Shown: positions 47,901-61,447, counted from the first letter of the stretch. The stretch: DNA of 64,000 nt from Schmidtea polychroa (GCA_044892525.1 CM097887.1:140904397-140968396); one strand, 5' to 3'. Numbers and translations: made by a program. Notes: generated by a model not told the origin, from the sequence alone.

Positions 47901-50900
47901 AAAACAATAGATATAATATAATTCAATTTTCATTTTATAAGACACATACTTACAATCTACACTGTTAGAAAGAAACGAGGCCGATTTAACATTACTAGGA
48001 GATTTGAGACTTAAAATGACTAATTTGAATCTGTATATTAAATATATACACGAAAAAAACGCAGTAACATGCTTCTTGTTAATAGTTACTGAAATTGTCA
48101 TGTATGGGAGATTTCTATTAATAAGCAAAGATAACATATGCTTGAAGATTCAACGCTTATTTTTCTCAATAACAAGAAACTTACTAATTTAAAGAATCTG
48201 CACTATAAAAGACCGCAAAAACGTTACCAAAAGGTGTTAAATTTGTAAAATTACATTATTTCTATAGTTTTTTTAGGTGAAACAAATATTTTTTGAAAGA
48301 GGCTAGGAAACACTGATTTAAAATCATGATCCCATAAACGAAATATTTTCAAGGCGATTATTTTCTTTTACAAAAAATGAACATAAATAATGAATTAGCC
48401 ACATCAAAACAACAATTAATTTTTTGGGGGACTACATGTCTAGCATGGAAAATTTATATTTTTTAATAAAAGGTTGGGAAACACTGATCTACAAATATAT
48501 TTTCGCACTCAAGACACATTGGTTCGGTTTCATTGTTAGGAGAAGATATAAAAATGAATTAAAATCTATTTAAAATTTTGATACATATATTGTAAATCAT
48601 ATTGTAATAATCATGGGTAAAAATTTGAATTCTTCACTATTACGTAACAAGATAGATCGAATGAATCAAAAATATTTCAAGCAACAGGAATTAATATAGA
48701 CCTTAATTTCCGCCATAAATTTATGCACTAAGGAATTGACAAACAAACGAATTTATTCAAGACCGCTGTTTATCTATATAAATCTAAACATTACATCGAT
48801 TATAAGAGAAAAGAAGCTAGAACTCTTCTCATTAACGAGCGTAATATACATCAAAATATATTAATAAATGTTATAGATAAATTTATTTGATAAATAACAG
48901 GGCTGCGAAGTCAATGTGGAGTTGGTGCATAAATTCGTTCTGTTTTTAGTATGAATCTGATATCTGCACTAAATTATGAAATAAATTTGCATTAAATATA
49001 ACATGTGATAACCTTGGCTCTTCATCTTATTGCCTCAAAAGTCGTGTTTTATAAAAATTACAAACAAATTAAATGTCTGAACAAAAGGAGCATTTACGTC
49101 ACCTTATGTTGTTTTTCATCCGGAAAGGGAAAAGTGCTGCCCAGACAAAAAAGGAACTCTGTGATGTGTATGGCTATGATGCTATTTATGATTCCATGTG
49201 TCGATGCATCTTATCGATGCACTACGTTCCGGGAGACAGGTTGACATTCCGGACAACGAAATAATGGTGCTAATCGAAGCTGACCGACATAAGATAACTC
49301 GAGATATGAATGAAATTCTTGGAATAAATCATTCTACAGTTTCCAGACGATTGCGCAAACTTGGCAAGGTCGATGTATAGATACCGCATGATTTAACGGA
49401 GAAAAATTTGAAAGAGTGCTTGGTCACAGGAGATGAAAAATGGATTTCGTATACTAATTCTAAGCGCAAGAGATCTTGGTCTACGGGAGGAGAATCTCCT
49501 TTAACTAGTGTCAAAGGCAGATTGCACCCGAAGAATGTAATGTTATGCATTTGGTGGGACTGGAAGGAGAATACTTTTGTATGGGCTCTTATCTGAAAAC
49601 GACACCATAAATTCAGATAAATGCTGCTCCCAACTATATGAACTGAAGCTAGCCATCGAACAGAAGCGACCTGCATTAGCCGACAGAAAGGGTATTGTTC
49701 TCCAGCAAGACAATGCAAAGACACACGTGTATTTGGCCACCAGGAACCAGTCCATCCACCATTCTCTCCCGAACTTGCACCATCCAATTACCACTTATTT
49801 AGATCACTTCAAAATAACTTAGGTGGTAAGAAATTTTGTTCCGAGTTGAAAAGTTACCTGGATCAGTTCTTCAACCAGAAATCCCAGAGCTTCTATGAAT
49901 GCAGGATTATGTAACTACCAGAAAGATGGATAAAGGTGATAGAACTGAATGGAAAATACTTTTCTTATTAAATGTGATCATAAGCCAGTATTTATTCATA
50001 ATAAATAGGTCGTGATCACTCCAGTACAAAATTTAACAAGTCTTTCTTTCTCTGTTTCCTTTCTGATTGAATCTTTCTTCTCAGATAGAATTTTTCAAAA
50101 ATGTACAAAACATTTTTTAAATTAAATTAAATTTCCAATAATCGAATCTGAATAAATCAATATAATTTTCAAAATTTTATATGCGTTTTGAGTTTGTTTA
50201 ATTTCGGTTATTCGACAACAAATTTGATTCTGACAGCCTTAGATTAAAATAAATTATTTATATAATTCAAATAAATAACTATGTGAGACATAATCCGCAG
50301 TAATTATTCATAAAATGAAATATTATTAAATAGTTAAAAGCATTTTGACCGAGCAAGCTTAAAGAATGTTTTATATTAAAACTTTTCATGTGGGAAAATC
50401 ACTGATATTTATATTTATTCTACTTAAATGTTCCCATCTCATCATTTTGTATTTTGAAAACTCTTAGTATTGAAACGAATTAATAAATTTAAAATAGCGA
50501 TTTTCTCGGCTTAATAAAGTTGAAAACTTTTAAAATGGTGTGCAGCAGTGTTGCGCGCGGTAAGAAATTTGAATGACACTGCTAATGAAACGGAATGATT
50601 TTCAGTAATTAGATAATTCCTACAGAAATCTTGGTTTTATTATTCCTTAATCTTTGATAAATCAGTAATATACAAATAAATCCTAAACTTTATTTCCAGA
50701 AAACTGATGAAAATAGTGATATTACTAGCCGTATTTCTAAATCAAATGTGGCAGATGTTTTTGCCGCACAACAAGAGGCCCAACATTTCTACGACGGAAT
50801 TTCTTCTGCTTCTAAGTCGTATAAAACTGATCAAGTTTTCATAGAATTTCATAAACGATTTTCATTATTCGGTTCTTTTATTTTTTAGAAAACAATTCCT

Positions 50901-51673
50901 CATCATTCTAATGAAACACAATCATTGATATCTACAGACAATAATAATGTAAAATAGGATTTCACTCATATTAATGGTTAATTTCACTATTTTTTTATTT
51001 TCAGCTGACTACATCCAATTCGCCAAAAGGGGCTCTGTCAAGTCAAGGTAATTGAAGGTGTTTAATTGTTTTTTAATAACTTTTCAATATAAATTTCTTG
51101 CTAACAAAAGGACATAATTTCGTCATAAAATCTTGTCTCACTGAAGGTTAGGGTTGAGTTGAAGTTAATCAATTTATATTATTATAAATAAATTATCAAA
51201 ATCGTAAACTAAATTAAACAATTACCTGGTTTATATAAAGTCCAAATATAGATTGAATATATTATAATTAATATTATAATCAATATTTTTGTTTATTATG
51301 GAATATAATGTTTGGGCAAGTATTGTCAGATATTTATTTATTCGAGTTATCCCATATTGGAGACCTAGCTAAATGGATAAAAACTTTACCTAAAATGAAG
51401 AACCAGAAATAAAATCATCAGATCAATGGAGTAGAATAAGAAAGATTTTGGTGTCTTACTTTATAATTTAATTTACCTACATTCTTTTTTCAAGGTCAAT
51501 AATAGTTTAAATATGTTGATGATTTAGAATTCGATCAATTTCTTTCCGAGCAGGCCAAATCAAACTTTTCCATTAATAATGATTACCCAGATGCGAACAA
51601 TTCTCGGGTAGATCGTCAAAACCCATTTGCTACGAAACCGAAGAAAGAGAAAAGCGAATTATTTGATTTGTAA
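38919..51673 (+). CDS. TOM1: TOM1-family VHS-GAT endosomal sorting adaptor (multi-exon)
   Basis: Exons 38919-38991 (DFFQGNPFNNPIG), 39039-39123 (ENWTLFMEVCDVIN), 39166-39418 (LTLLETCVKNCGYRFH), 41714-41848 (GVQFPMTDLTAMSPINTP), 45572-45751 and 45799-45978 (GAT: KLSKELHKVQCN; LRINDEMNSAL..YERT), small exons near 50.7-51.05 kb, and a last exon EFDQFLSEQAK...SELFDL* ending at 51673. All boundaries are GT-AG. Linker exons are uncertain, and TOM1 versus TOM1L2 cannot be resolved. Confidence 0.88.
40838..41345. repeat. Pair of about 90-bp direct repeats rich in GTCCTAC (40838-40930 and 41247-41345); probable DNA-transposon subterminal sequence
   Basis: GC(T/C)ACACGTCCTACTTTCG..A..CAGTCCTACAA.TTGGATATTTGTCCTA.GTACT.CA.GAAAGGGAA in both places. 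Confidence 0.75.
42500..43100 (+). pseudogene. Penelope-like element N-terminal/RT-upstream remnant in a TOM1 intron
   Basis: KECKRNNIIPKGL...WLTLSISACYNRI... and LTKAQENLLSKGPVFVPS, a pattern typical of the PLE region before RT. Confidence 0.6.
44145..44740. mobile_element. Probable old hAT non-autonomous element
   Basis: Termini CAGGGGTTCTCAAA / TTTGGGAACCGCTG (12 of 14 match). No recognisable TSD. Confidence 0.5.
46627..46995. repeat. 31-bp minisatellite, about 12 copies, in a TOM1 intron
   Basis: Unit ATCACTGATCAGTATT(GG/AT)TAGCTGAAATAAG with an internal palindrome ACTGATCAGT. Confidence 0.93.
47148..47488 (+). mobile_element. Truncated solo copy of the LTR at 336-858
   Basis: Starts TGTGAGGTGTTTTCAG.TGAGA and aligns to the reverse complement of 858-515 through GATGTGTTAGCAGCT.CTAAT. 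Confidence 0.85.
48920..49970 (+). mobile_element. Degenerate mariner transposon
   Basis: TIR-like GTTGGTGCATAAATTCG, then MSEQKEHLRH..RKGKSAAQ, IPHDLTEKN, VTGDEKWI, LHPKNVMLCIWWD and LQQDNAKTH, with many frameshifts and deletions. Confidence 0.9.
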
Positions 51674-53089
51674 TCCTTGTTGTCGCGAATTGTGATATTC
51701 TATTTATTAAAAGATCAAACTGTTATTCATGTTTTGCATAGTTTTTTTTATCTAAAAATAAATCATAAATGCATAAATTTCACTAGTTCATAATTTCGCA
51801 TTTATGCTTGCAATGCCTTCAGAATTTGCTTGCTGATTATGGAAATTGAATTGAATATTAATAATAAATTTGACCTAATATTTTGATCATTATTTATTAC
51901 TTGGGAAAGTTTATAATAAAAAATGTCTTGCTTTGTTTTCAAATTTAAGATAAATCATTTTTCTCATTTAAATACTTTGGTACTTGTCAGTGACATAGTT
52001 ACATAATCAAAAAAATATTCATTTATTAATTAATAATTATTGATTACCTAACTCTGATGAAATTCGAAAATGGTTTTTACCGAAAAAGAAGCTGCGTCAT
52101 TTTTGCAAGAAAAGGATGTACGGCGAAGAAAATCACCAAATAAAGATCGACTTTCGTCCGAGTAAATAATTAGTAAAATACATAGGTAAAGCATATTGAC
52201 CGAGCGAGAATATTTTTATATTTTACCCTTTTAATGCAACTTCGAAGAGACGATTTTGAGTAACTCAATTTAAGTGAAAATACATACAAGTAGAATATGT
52301 ATGGACTTCAGAAAAAATATTACATAATATTCCTTTGTTCTTGAGCGCAATGTAAATATTAAAATTATTATAAATAATGACACTAAATATCATAAAAAAA
52401 TAATTATTAATCAAAGGAATAACAAATTAACTTTAAATTCTAGTCAGTAATAATTAAGTAAATTTTCAGCTTAATCATTAAAGATTTTTTATTATTAATT
52501 AAATTGTCTAAATAAATATTTTTAAATTGATATTATTTGAATATTTTCTTATTCAAGATGATTTAATTAAAATTAATTCTTAAAAGTAACCTTACATATA
52601 TGATTTTGATTGGTTGATTCGTGTTATCGCAGACAATAATTAAATATGTTATACAAATGTAAATATTTGCTGAGATCCAAGACACAGAGTAGCAATCGAA
52701 ACCTTAAAAATTCTCATAATTATTGGTAATCTTTATCAACATTCAAACAACTCGATCACTCGAGTTTAAATTTTCCCTTAAACATTGAAAAGATGGATTC
52801 AAATGATCTTAATTTACTTTACTATTCAACCGATTAACACCCTTAAATGATATAAATCCCTAAAAGATATTTATATTTTTTATGGGGGAAGATGGAAATC
52901 TTAAAAATAAATGTTCAAGGCAAAAATTTATTTTTTAGTGGGTTTTCAAAAAAGATTTTATCAAAGTAAATATCCATAACCCAGTAAAATGGTCCTTAAG
53001 TCAAATATCTCATGGGTCACAATAATACTTCACATTGACATGCAATAAAATCAAAATTTCAATTATTCAAATAAAAATACCAGCGACAC

Positions 53090-53301
53090 NNNNNNNNNNN
53101 NNNNNNNNNNNNNNNNNNNNNNNNNNNNNNNNNNNNNNNNNNNNNNNNNNNNNNNNNNNNNNNNNNNNNNNNNNNNNNNNNNNNNNNNNNNNNNNNNNNN
53201 NNNNNNNNNNNNNNNNNNNNNNNNNNNNNNNNNNNNNNNNNNNNNNNNNNNNNNNNNNNNNNNNNNNNNNNNNNNNNNNNNNNNNNNNNNNNNNNNNNNN
53301 N
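53090..53301. other. Assembly gap (N run)
   Basis: Run of Ns in the sequence. Confidence 1.
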
Positions 53302-53345
53302 TCCTAAAAATAAGATGCCATTTAACTAGCTAGGAGATGTGTGTT

Positions 53346-53372
53346 CCAATCGTTTTCCTATTGGCTGATAGA
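53346..53372 (+). promoter_or_regulatory. Candidate CCAAT-box pair upstream of LicD copy 1 (conserved at about 61867-61893)
   Basis: CAATCGTTTTCCTATTGGCTGATAGAAA is identical in both paralogues, about 100 bp upstream of the start, while flanking bases differ. Confidence 0.45.
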
Positions 53373-53463
53373 AACTTTCTACAAATCCCAAATAAATATG
53401 TGCCGGATTCAGTAATTCAGTTTGTTTCGCTTGCAAGTAGATTCTAGCTATTAAAATCGATCA

Positions 53464-54657
53464 ATGATTTTAAAATGGATGAATATTAAACATCTTACTT
53501 CCGTAAAGGTTTTGTTAATAAGCCTAATGACAATCACGATTTTCATCACGACAGGCTACATGATTATTCAAAAAAATATTGAATCTCACAATTCTCAGTT
53601 CAATGGGCTAACAAATCTGCAGCTTAAGAAGCTAGATAAGCTTCTCTCACCTCATGAACAAGCAGCTCTAATTCGACAAATCGTTAATGATTCATTGCAA
53701 AGAATTCTCGAGGTGCAAAACAATATGATGTCAATAATCTCTCCAATCAAACAAATTGTCAATATTTCCACAAATGAAAATGCAAATAATAAATATAAAA
53801 AAAAACTCGATTCGAATATATTGCAAAGAGTTTTTCATCACGCTCCAGTAATGAGTCAAAATCATTCGGTAAGAAATTCAGAATTAAAACCCTTTCAAGT
53901 TCAAATGACACTAGAAGAGCGATCTAAAATGTATGAATTGTTAGAAGTTTTTGATAAAAAAATGAAAGAACATAATATTACATACTTCATGTATGGAGGA
54001 ACACTATTGGGATCTTATCGGCACCATGATCTCATTCCATGGGATGATGATTTGGATGTAATATTATCAGCAATTGACCATAAAAATATGGAAACGATTT
54101 TCAAATCTCTTGAACCGGATTATATATTATATCGAGCTGGGGGCCATGATAAATTTTATCACAAATCGGCAAAAAAAGCCAGCGGTTACAATTGGCTATG
54201 GCCATATTTAGATATAAGTTACTATGAAGTAAATGGGACTTTCATTAAAGATTGGGTGAGGACATATAGTTATTGGTACTACTTTCCGAAAGAAATAGTC
54301 TTTCCATTGCACAATCGACCTTTATTACATTTATCACTCCCAGCACCAAAAGACACATTTGCATTTTTGACTTGGTCTTATAATTATGGCTCAGAATGCG
54401 TAATGTATGGTTATTCTCACATGGTGGAAGGAGGCGGACCAAGTGGTCGAACAGAATGCAGTTCATTGGCCGATAAATTCCCATTTGTTGAACATCTTCC
54501 AGACGCCAACGGAGTCAGAGAAGTGCTTAAATATAAAGACATGGAAATCACTGATATCGTTTTGCCAGAACCGCAATATGCCGTTTCTGAAACTTTTAAA
54601 CTTTCTCTGAAGCCAGGTTACACAATGCCTAGTCAAATTACCCCTCCTCCTGTTTAA
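53464..54657 (+). CDS. LicD/fukutin-family nucleotidyltransferase-fold enzyme, type II membrane protein, copy 1 (intronless, 397 aa)
   Basis: N-terminal TM segment and stem, GGTLLGSYRH..LIPWDDDLDV (LicD motif), WPYLDI, FPL..RP and PAPKD. Confidence 0.92.
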   Translation: MILKWMNIKHLTSVKVLLISLMTITIFITTGYMIIQKNIESHNSQFNGLTNLQLKKLDKLLSPHEQAALIRQIVNDSLQRILEVQNNMMSIISPIKQIVNISTNENANNKYKKKLDSNILQRVFHHAPVMSQNHSVRNSELKPFQVQMTLEERSKMYELLEVFDKKMKEHNITYFMYGGTLLGSYRHHDLIPWDDDLDVILSAIDHKNMETIFKSLEPDYILYRAGGHDKFYHKSAKKASGYNWLWPYLDISYYEVNGTFIKDWVRTYSYWYYFPKEIVFPLHNRPLLHLSLPAPKDTFAFLTWSYNYGSECVMYGYSHMVEGGGPSGRTECSSLADKFPFVEHLPDANGVREVLKYKDMEITDIVLPEPQYAVSETFKLSLKPGYTMPSQITPPPV

Positions 54658-55165
54658 GTGAGAGAGAAATAAAAAAATCATTTTTTTAAAATTTTTTTGC
54701 TTATAAATATTTATTTTAAAAATTACAAATAAATTTTCAACGTGACTTTTTCTTTATACAATTTATTAAATTATTGATTTTTACTACGTTGTTTTTTCCT
54801 ATTTAACACAAATTTGATCTATAGCTCTAATGAAAATAAACAAAATGTTAAAGAATATGTTATCGTAAAAGCGTGTAATCCGTTATTTTATGAATTAACG
54901 ATCTAAAATCGTTAAATTATAGAATAGTTTATTATTACATACTTTAACCCTTAATTGCATTGTGTAGCAAATTTGCAACACACCACAATTTCACGTTTAG
55001 ATCGCCTAAAATAAATAAGAACTAACCATTTCATAGTGTTGCTTGTGAGCTAGAAAGCTGTTTAACGGATTTTAAATTTTACATTAGATTTTTAAAATTA
55101 TATTTATAATAATATATTCAGACAAAGGAACGTTATTTTATTTTATTCAAAATAAATTAAAAAAA

Positions 55166-55509
55166 TCATGCAATTATTCCATGTAATATCGGCTGGAATC
55201 CATTTAAAGTGTCTAAGTTTACGAACAATTTCTGAAAAATTCGGGCAATCGCGTCCATGTCTACTTCTTGTTGGTTTACTTGCGTTTCTAGCTTCCTGAT
55301 CCTAAGGCGGAGAGCTCGCAATTCCAGTTGATCCTGGGCGCTCTGAAACTGTAATGGTTGGATCAGCTTCAAGCGCTTTTGCATCTCAGTAAGGGAAAAC
55401 CAAGTATTCTCCAATTCGCGGAATCGTCCCTTGAACTTCAATAGTTTTGACCGACACACTTCCACTTGTTGTTGCAACCGTTCGCGATCCAGAGGCATAT
55501 TTTTCTTAA
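55166..55509 (-). CDS. Unannotated cassette ORF-B, copy 3
   Basis: MPLDRERLQQQVEVCRSKLLKFKGRFRELENTWF...LQFQSAQDQLELRALRLRIRKLET, preceded by TTGTTCTAG|TT. Confidence 0.78.
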
Positions 55510-56010
55510 CTAGAACAATGAAAAATCATTTAACCTCGGTAAATCTTTTATTGTTTCGAACAATTAGTCTCGTCAATTAATCGGAGTAAAGGAAATTATT
55601 GGTCTCAGACGCCCGCGCCCCATCGGTAATTACCAGGGTTTCGGCTATTATTCCTCAACTATACTAGGCATTTTTACCCTTGGAATCTCCGTCGAGTACT
55701 TGCCGTCCTCGTATTTAGACCCAACGCACAAACATTCTGTGTCAAAGGTTATATCTTGGTTCTATCGACCTTGAAATCTACGTATCAAAACGCAGTTAAC
55801 CACAAAAGCAAGCAGACGCATGCGTACCAAAAGTTTAACAAACGAACGAATTAAAAAATCAATTAATACAGAAAATTCGGCTATGCCGATATAACAATAA
55901 CGTCACAGTGGTCGACTAAAGTTCTCAAAGTCTCATCGTAAAAGTGGGGTTTGTTTGTTGAGGAGGTTCTTCCGTGGTCGTGCCCGTTTTCTGGGAGCTC
56001 CAATTGTTGC

Positions 56011-56340
56011 TCACTGGCTCTTGATTGGCCGACCCCATGGACGATATAAGCCGCGCTGGATGGCGGGGTCTTCAAGTTCGCCGGCTAAGATCTCCATCTT
56101 CATTCGGCGTAACCGACCCACGGCCGCCCCAACATCTTCGAAGGTCCACATCAGGGCTTGTTTGGTGTAATTGATGTAGGGTTCCACTTTTGGTTCCACT
56201 GGTACCGTATCTCCATATGTCCATTCATGGATCCGGTACCAGATCCATCTTGAACGTAGAAAAACGATTTCTTCGGATTCCTCGGAAACAGTTGGACTCC
56301 CGTCTCTGGCTCGAGAAGTGTTGACAAAAATAATACATTG
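56011..56340 (-). pseudogene. Unannotated cassette ORF-A, copy 3 (open frame, start lost)
   Basis: EIVFLRSRWIWYRIHEW...AVGRLRRMKMEILAGE...RPWGRP. Confidence 0.78.
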
Positions 56341-56399
56341 TCAGCAATTCTTTCCTTGTTATGCAATATCCCTTTTCATGATTACTCATTGCATGAAAA

Positions 56400-58620
56400 C
56401 CGTATGCTATAACCTTTTCGCACCTGTTGTCGTCTTTCTGTGGTAATACTGCACCAATCGTGCCAAAACTCGCATCAGTGTCTAAAATGAATTCTTTTTC
56501 GAAATCTGGAAACCCTAGAATAAAGCATTAAAGCATTTTTCAGATTTTTGAATGCGATGTTGCATCTGTCAGTCCAAATTAATTTTTTTGTTGTCTAACC
56601 CGCATAGCTCTTCTAAAACTCTTGCCTTTTTTGCGTATTCCTTTATAAATCTTCTGTAGTAATTGCATATTCCTAGGAAGCTTCTCAGATTCTTAACACA
56701 TTTTGGCTTTTCAAATGATTTAATCGCGCCTAGCTTTGACGGCCCCGTCTGCATTCCATCTTTATTGATTATGTGACCTAAACATTTGACTTTCTCTTTA
56801 AGGATATGGCACTTTTCAGGGTTTATCCTAAGACCCGCTTTTCCAATTTTGTTCAGCACTTCATTTAAAACTTCGTAGTGATGGTTAGTTGTTTTTGTAA
56901 ATATCAAAATATAGTCTAGGTATACTGCTGCATATCTCCTACCCATTAATACTTTTCCCATCAGTTCCGGAAACGTACCTGGTGCCGCTGCTATTCCAAA
57001 TGGCATTCTGTTAAAACAGTACTGCCCTGAAACGCAGTTTTAAACTTTGATTCGTCTTCTAGTTCAACTTGATAATATGCATTTCCAAGATCTATCGAAC
57101 TGAAATACTTTGCTCCATCCAATTTATCTAACATCTCTGCTATATTCGGCATAGGGAACGCCTGTCTCTCTGTTATTATGTTTAATTGCCTGAAATCAAG
57201 GCATAATCTGATATCTGCTTTTCTTTCTTCCAGGCGCATATTAATGGAGTGTTCGATGGCGAATTACATTTTTTGATAATACTGTTTTCCCATTAGTTTT
57301 TTATCGCTTCATCTATTTTACCTTCCAAGTTGGCTGGTTGTCTCCAAGGTCTAATATTTATCGGTTTTCTTGAATTTCTATTTTATGCTTCAACAGCTTT
57401 GTGCAGCCAATGTTCAATTTATCAGCCATAAAAACAATTTGTTTCTTTTTTATAATGTTTAGTAGTATCGGGTTATTTATCTTTAAAGTATTCTTTAATC
57501 TTTGAAATCGTCCCATCTCCGTTATCGTCTTCCAAAATGTGTCTTCGATACTGCATATATGCTCTTGCTTCGTTTTCTCAACCTCTTCTACTGGCCACTT
57601 TAGTTGCATACCAAATTGTTTTTGCAATTCTATACCACCAATTACCTCGAGAGTCTTACTATCGTAAACTTTACTCTTCGTTTCCTGCCATTTATTCCTA
57701 TTTCTACTATTGCTTTACCTTTCGTTTCTAAAACACTATTATTTGCACATCTCAATGTATCAGTCGTTGTTGTTAGTTCTACATCTTTAAGTTTCTCAAA
57801 TTTGCTCCAACTTATGACATTTACTGTAGCTCCTGTATCGAGCAAGTATTCCATATTCTGGTCTTGTATTCTAATAGTTACGCTTGGTCGACCTTGCATT
57901 TTATCATAACTAATAATATCATTTTCCATTCATCTAATGTGAGTATTTGTATATTTTCTCTTTCTCTTTCTCTTTCTCCAAAACCATTTTTTATGAATCT
58001 GTTTACGCTTCTTATTACATTATTTTCTTCTTCCTTTACCTCTGTCTCTTTCACATCTTTTTCTATAATACATGATATTTTACTTTTATTATAATAATTA
58101 ATAATTTGGGAGTCAGCATCGCTGTTTAATACACTGCCCCGACTATCTCCTCTTCCATTGGGGCATTGATATTTGGATATTCTTAGTATTTATCTTCTAT
58201 TCTTTCATCACTTGGTTCTTCTATGAATGCTACGTATCTCTTTCCTGCTTGTCTTGTATCCTTTTTCGTTCCTTGATAACCATGACCTGCTTCGTATCGC
58301 TCTTGTTGTCTTCCAAAATTCTCGTTGATTCTCCGATATCTCATTCTCTCCAAATTTGTGTAACAATCTGCCTCTTTATGACCTCCCAAGCAACACCTCG
58401 TACACCTTATTTTTTGACAATCTCTTCTCACGTGTCCCGGGGTACCACACGCATAACATTCAACTACCTTTCTCTGCATCTGTGAACACTGACTTCTTAC
58501 ATGTCCTTGTCTTCCACATGTAAAACATGTAAATGCCTTCTTTGTTATACAATCTCTACTCATATGCGTGGCTATGGGCTGGAAAAGGGCAGATGTAGGG
58601 TTCAAAAGGATCTCGTTTAT
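56400..58620 (-). mobile_element. Ty3/Gypsy gag-pro-RT-RNaseH fragment (frameshifted, no integrase)
   Basis: Zinc knuckles CFTCGRQGHVRSQC and CYACGTPGHVRRDC, protease YLLDTGA, RT motifs LCLDFRQLN, IDLGNAYYQV, MPFGI, VYLD and LRSFLGICNYYRRFI, and RNaseH start FILDTDASFGTIGAVL. Confidence 0.92.
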
Positions 58621-59049
58621 CTAAAAAAGGAATATCAATAAACGATGATACCACTCAGGCCTACATCTCCGTAGCTGTGATGAAATATAAAAGGAACAAA
58701 TGAAAATAAAACAATTCGTAATCAACACATTTATTTATAATCAATAAAATTTTCCTTCCTTAAGAGTTTTCTCAAATTGAGTTAAATACATTTTTGGCAT
58801 AAGAGTGATTTGTAGTCGAAATGCATCGGTATAAGAACTTTTATTTCTTCCAATTTCACCACTGATTATTTTATCCATTGAATTAAAAAGAGAGTTTGAA
58901 GACTATAAATCAGTATATAAATCAATATATCGATGTTTGTTGATACTCACGAATTTTCGGCACTGCTTTTTCAAGTGAATTTGATCATTATTACATTAAA
59001 TAATTATTGTTGGGGGATAATAAATTTATTGGTTTAATTATATTCTATT

Positions 59050-59429
59050 TTAATTTTGTTGAATGTTGATGGACGGTTTAAGTTTTTTGATGTAAAGAGT
59101 CTCATCTGCTAATCTTTGCAATGAGTTTTTAACGCATCTTGTAACATTTTGCATTTTGTTTCGTGTAAGAGTGGTGCTGATTTGTGCACTTTTTTCCAGT
59201 GTTCGTGATAATTGCTGGTTTTGCTCTTGACGTGTTCGTTGAGTCTTGTTTGGAACGTTGTAAGTGTTTCGCCTATGTACGATGCGTTACATCTTGAGCA
59301 AGTAATTTGGTAAACGATGTTCTTTGAGAAGCAGAAACATTTGGTGGAGGATATGCATATACAATCTCGATGAAATAGGTCTGATGTTAGAGATTTTTCA
59401 GACTTGCGATATATACCATTTTTTCTCAT
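59050..59429 (-). pseudogene. Penelope-like GIY-YIG endonuclease remnant
   Basis: NIVYQITCSRCNASYIGET...TRLNEH. Confidence 0.85.
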
Positions 59430-59599
59430 CTATAGAAGATAAAACAGTTAATGTTCTTGGATACGAACCCTAAGTATTTAAGGTTTAGGGACACACCTAT
59501 CACAGTACATTGCATGTAATACCAGTCAATGGAAATGGACTCTATTTTCCACAGTTGTATATCGGGGATTCTGAACAGGCAACGGAGGAGCGAATGATG

Positions 59600-61250
59600 A
59601 GGGCTGATAATCGAAAAATGTTTTCCAGGTTTGTTACAGCTACTGGATGACGAAATTCGAAAGATAAACGAGTACACAAAGTGGCATAATAATATGAGAG
59701 AATTCATGCAGGAATAACGACAAATTGCAGAGAGAAAAGGAATACAGATTCCCAAAATCATCATGGTATTTAGAAAAGATCATCGTTCAGATCAGCGTAG
59801 ATACAACACCACATCAACCAGTGAGATAGTTATGATTTTCATCAACGAGGATGGAAAACCACCATTTGATAGAGATATTCGAGTTTATCCCAAAAATCCT
59901 CAAAATGAGAATCAGCAATTCATCAATATGCATGTCATGAACCACAACTTGGATCCCATGACATACGTACTTTTGTTTCCACACGGTGAAGCGGGATGGC
60001 AACCGAGAACTGTATGGGATAAATATAATCTAGTCCACTTTGGAGTTACAAATCAGCACTAACAGGAATTAGAGACTACTTCAATCCGATTTTGCACTCT
60101 AAAATGCTTTTTCAACAGTGGATCGTTGATTCGTATCTGCAGTTTGAGGCAAACAATCACTTCTTCATTTAAACACAAAAGCCACAGTTTCGTGCAGATT
60201 TTTATCAAGGACTTGCAGATCATATTGCTAATCCTCATGAAGTACCAACAGGACGTCATTTGATTTAACCGTCAACATTCGAGGTATCCCCAAGAATATG
60301 TGAGAAAGGTGTTGAGATGAAATGGCTGTTTTTGGGAGGATTTATTCATCACTGCTAACCCGAACTGGCCGGAGTTAACTAAACATCTTGCAGAGGGTTA
60401 TCATTCGTGTGATAGATCAAATTTGGTGGTGAGAGTTTTCCGTTTAAAACTCCGTGCACTTGTGGATGACCTAACAAAGCACGAAGTATTGGGAAAAGTC
60501 GTGGCTTACATCTACATAATCGAATTCCAGGAAAGAGGATTACCACATGCTCACATTCTAGTAAAACCTCGGAATAAGGATAAGTATAAAACAGTGAAGG
60601 CTATCGATAAGGTTATTTATAACCTTTTTTCTGAGGATGCTACTCTAGAAAGTAAAAGGTGCAAAGTCTTTTGACGATTTACGGATATTCAACGGAGAGG
60701 TTTATGCAACATTTCAAGCGGCAGCGAGTGCAAGAGGATTTTTGGAGTCAGATTTGGAATGAAAACGGTGCTTAGAGGAAGCAATGACTTTTCATTTTTG
60801 AATTACACATCACCAGAGGCTGAGAATTTTCAAAAAACATCGCTAATCATCATTGACGAAGTCACAATGTTTCAAAAAATGGTTTGCGATGTATTGACAA
60901 AGTTTTGAGAGAATTAACGATAATGGACGAGCTTTTTCGAGGAAAAATTATCGTAATTGGTGGAGACTTTCATTAAACATTACCTGTGGTGCCGCATGGA
61001 TCTCGCGTTGATATATACGAAACCTAGATTAAATCATCGCCATTGTGGTAGCATTTAACAAAGCCTTTATTGAGAACCAACACAATGAGTAAGGGACAAA
61101 GAGAGTTGCATAATTGGCTACTTAAAATCGGTTGTGGAAAAACTGAACAAATTCCTACATTGTCTGAGGAAATGGTAGAAATTTCTATGAATTTAATAAA
61201 ATCTCAGCCAATAGTGGAAACAATATCCGGAAACAATATACACGAAACTT
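59600..61250 (+). pseudogene. Helitron Rep/helicase remnant (internally deleted, many stops)
   Basis: RRYN..SEI, LDPMTYVLLFPHGEAGW, LFQQWIVD, HUH motif IEFQERGLPHAHIL, and Pif1 motifs LIIIDEVTM, GGDF..LPV and NWLLKIG. Confidence 0.9.
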
Positions 61251-61447
61251 CTACTGATCCAAAAGACATACAGAGTCGCAGTCGAAACATTAAAAATTCT
61301 CATAATTATTGTTCATTTTCATCAACATTCAAGCAACTAAATCCCTCACTTGAGATTAAATTTTCCCTTAAACATTTAAAAGATCTGCTCAAATGACCTT
61401 AATTCTCTATTCTAATCACATTATTATTCAACCATTAAAAATCTTAA

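Noticed and set aside
54245-54681. Antisense and alternative-frame ORFs conserved in both LicD copies (also 62764-63203)
   Set aside because: They are a by-product of the recent duplication of the real CDS.
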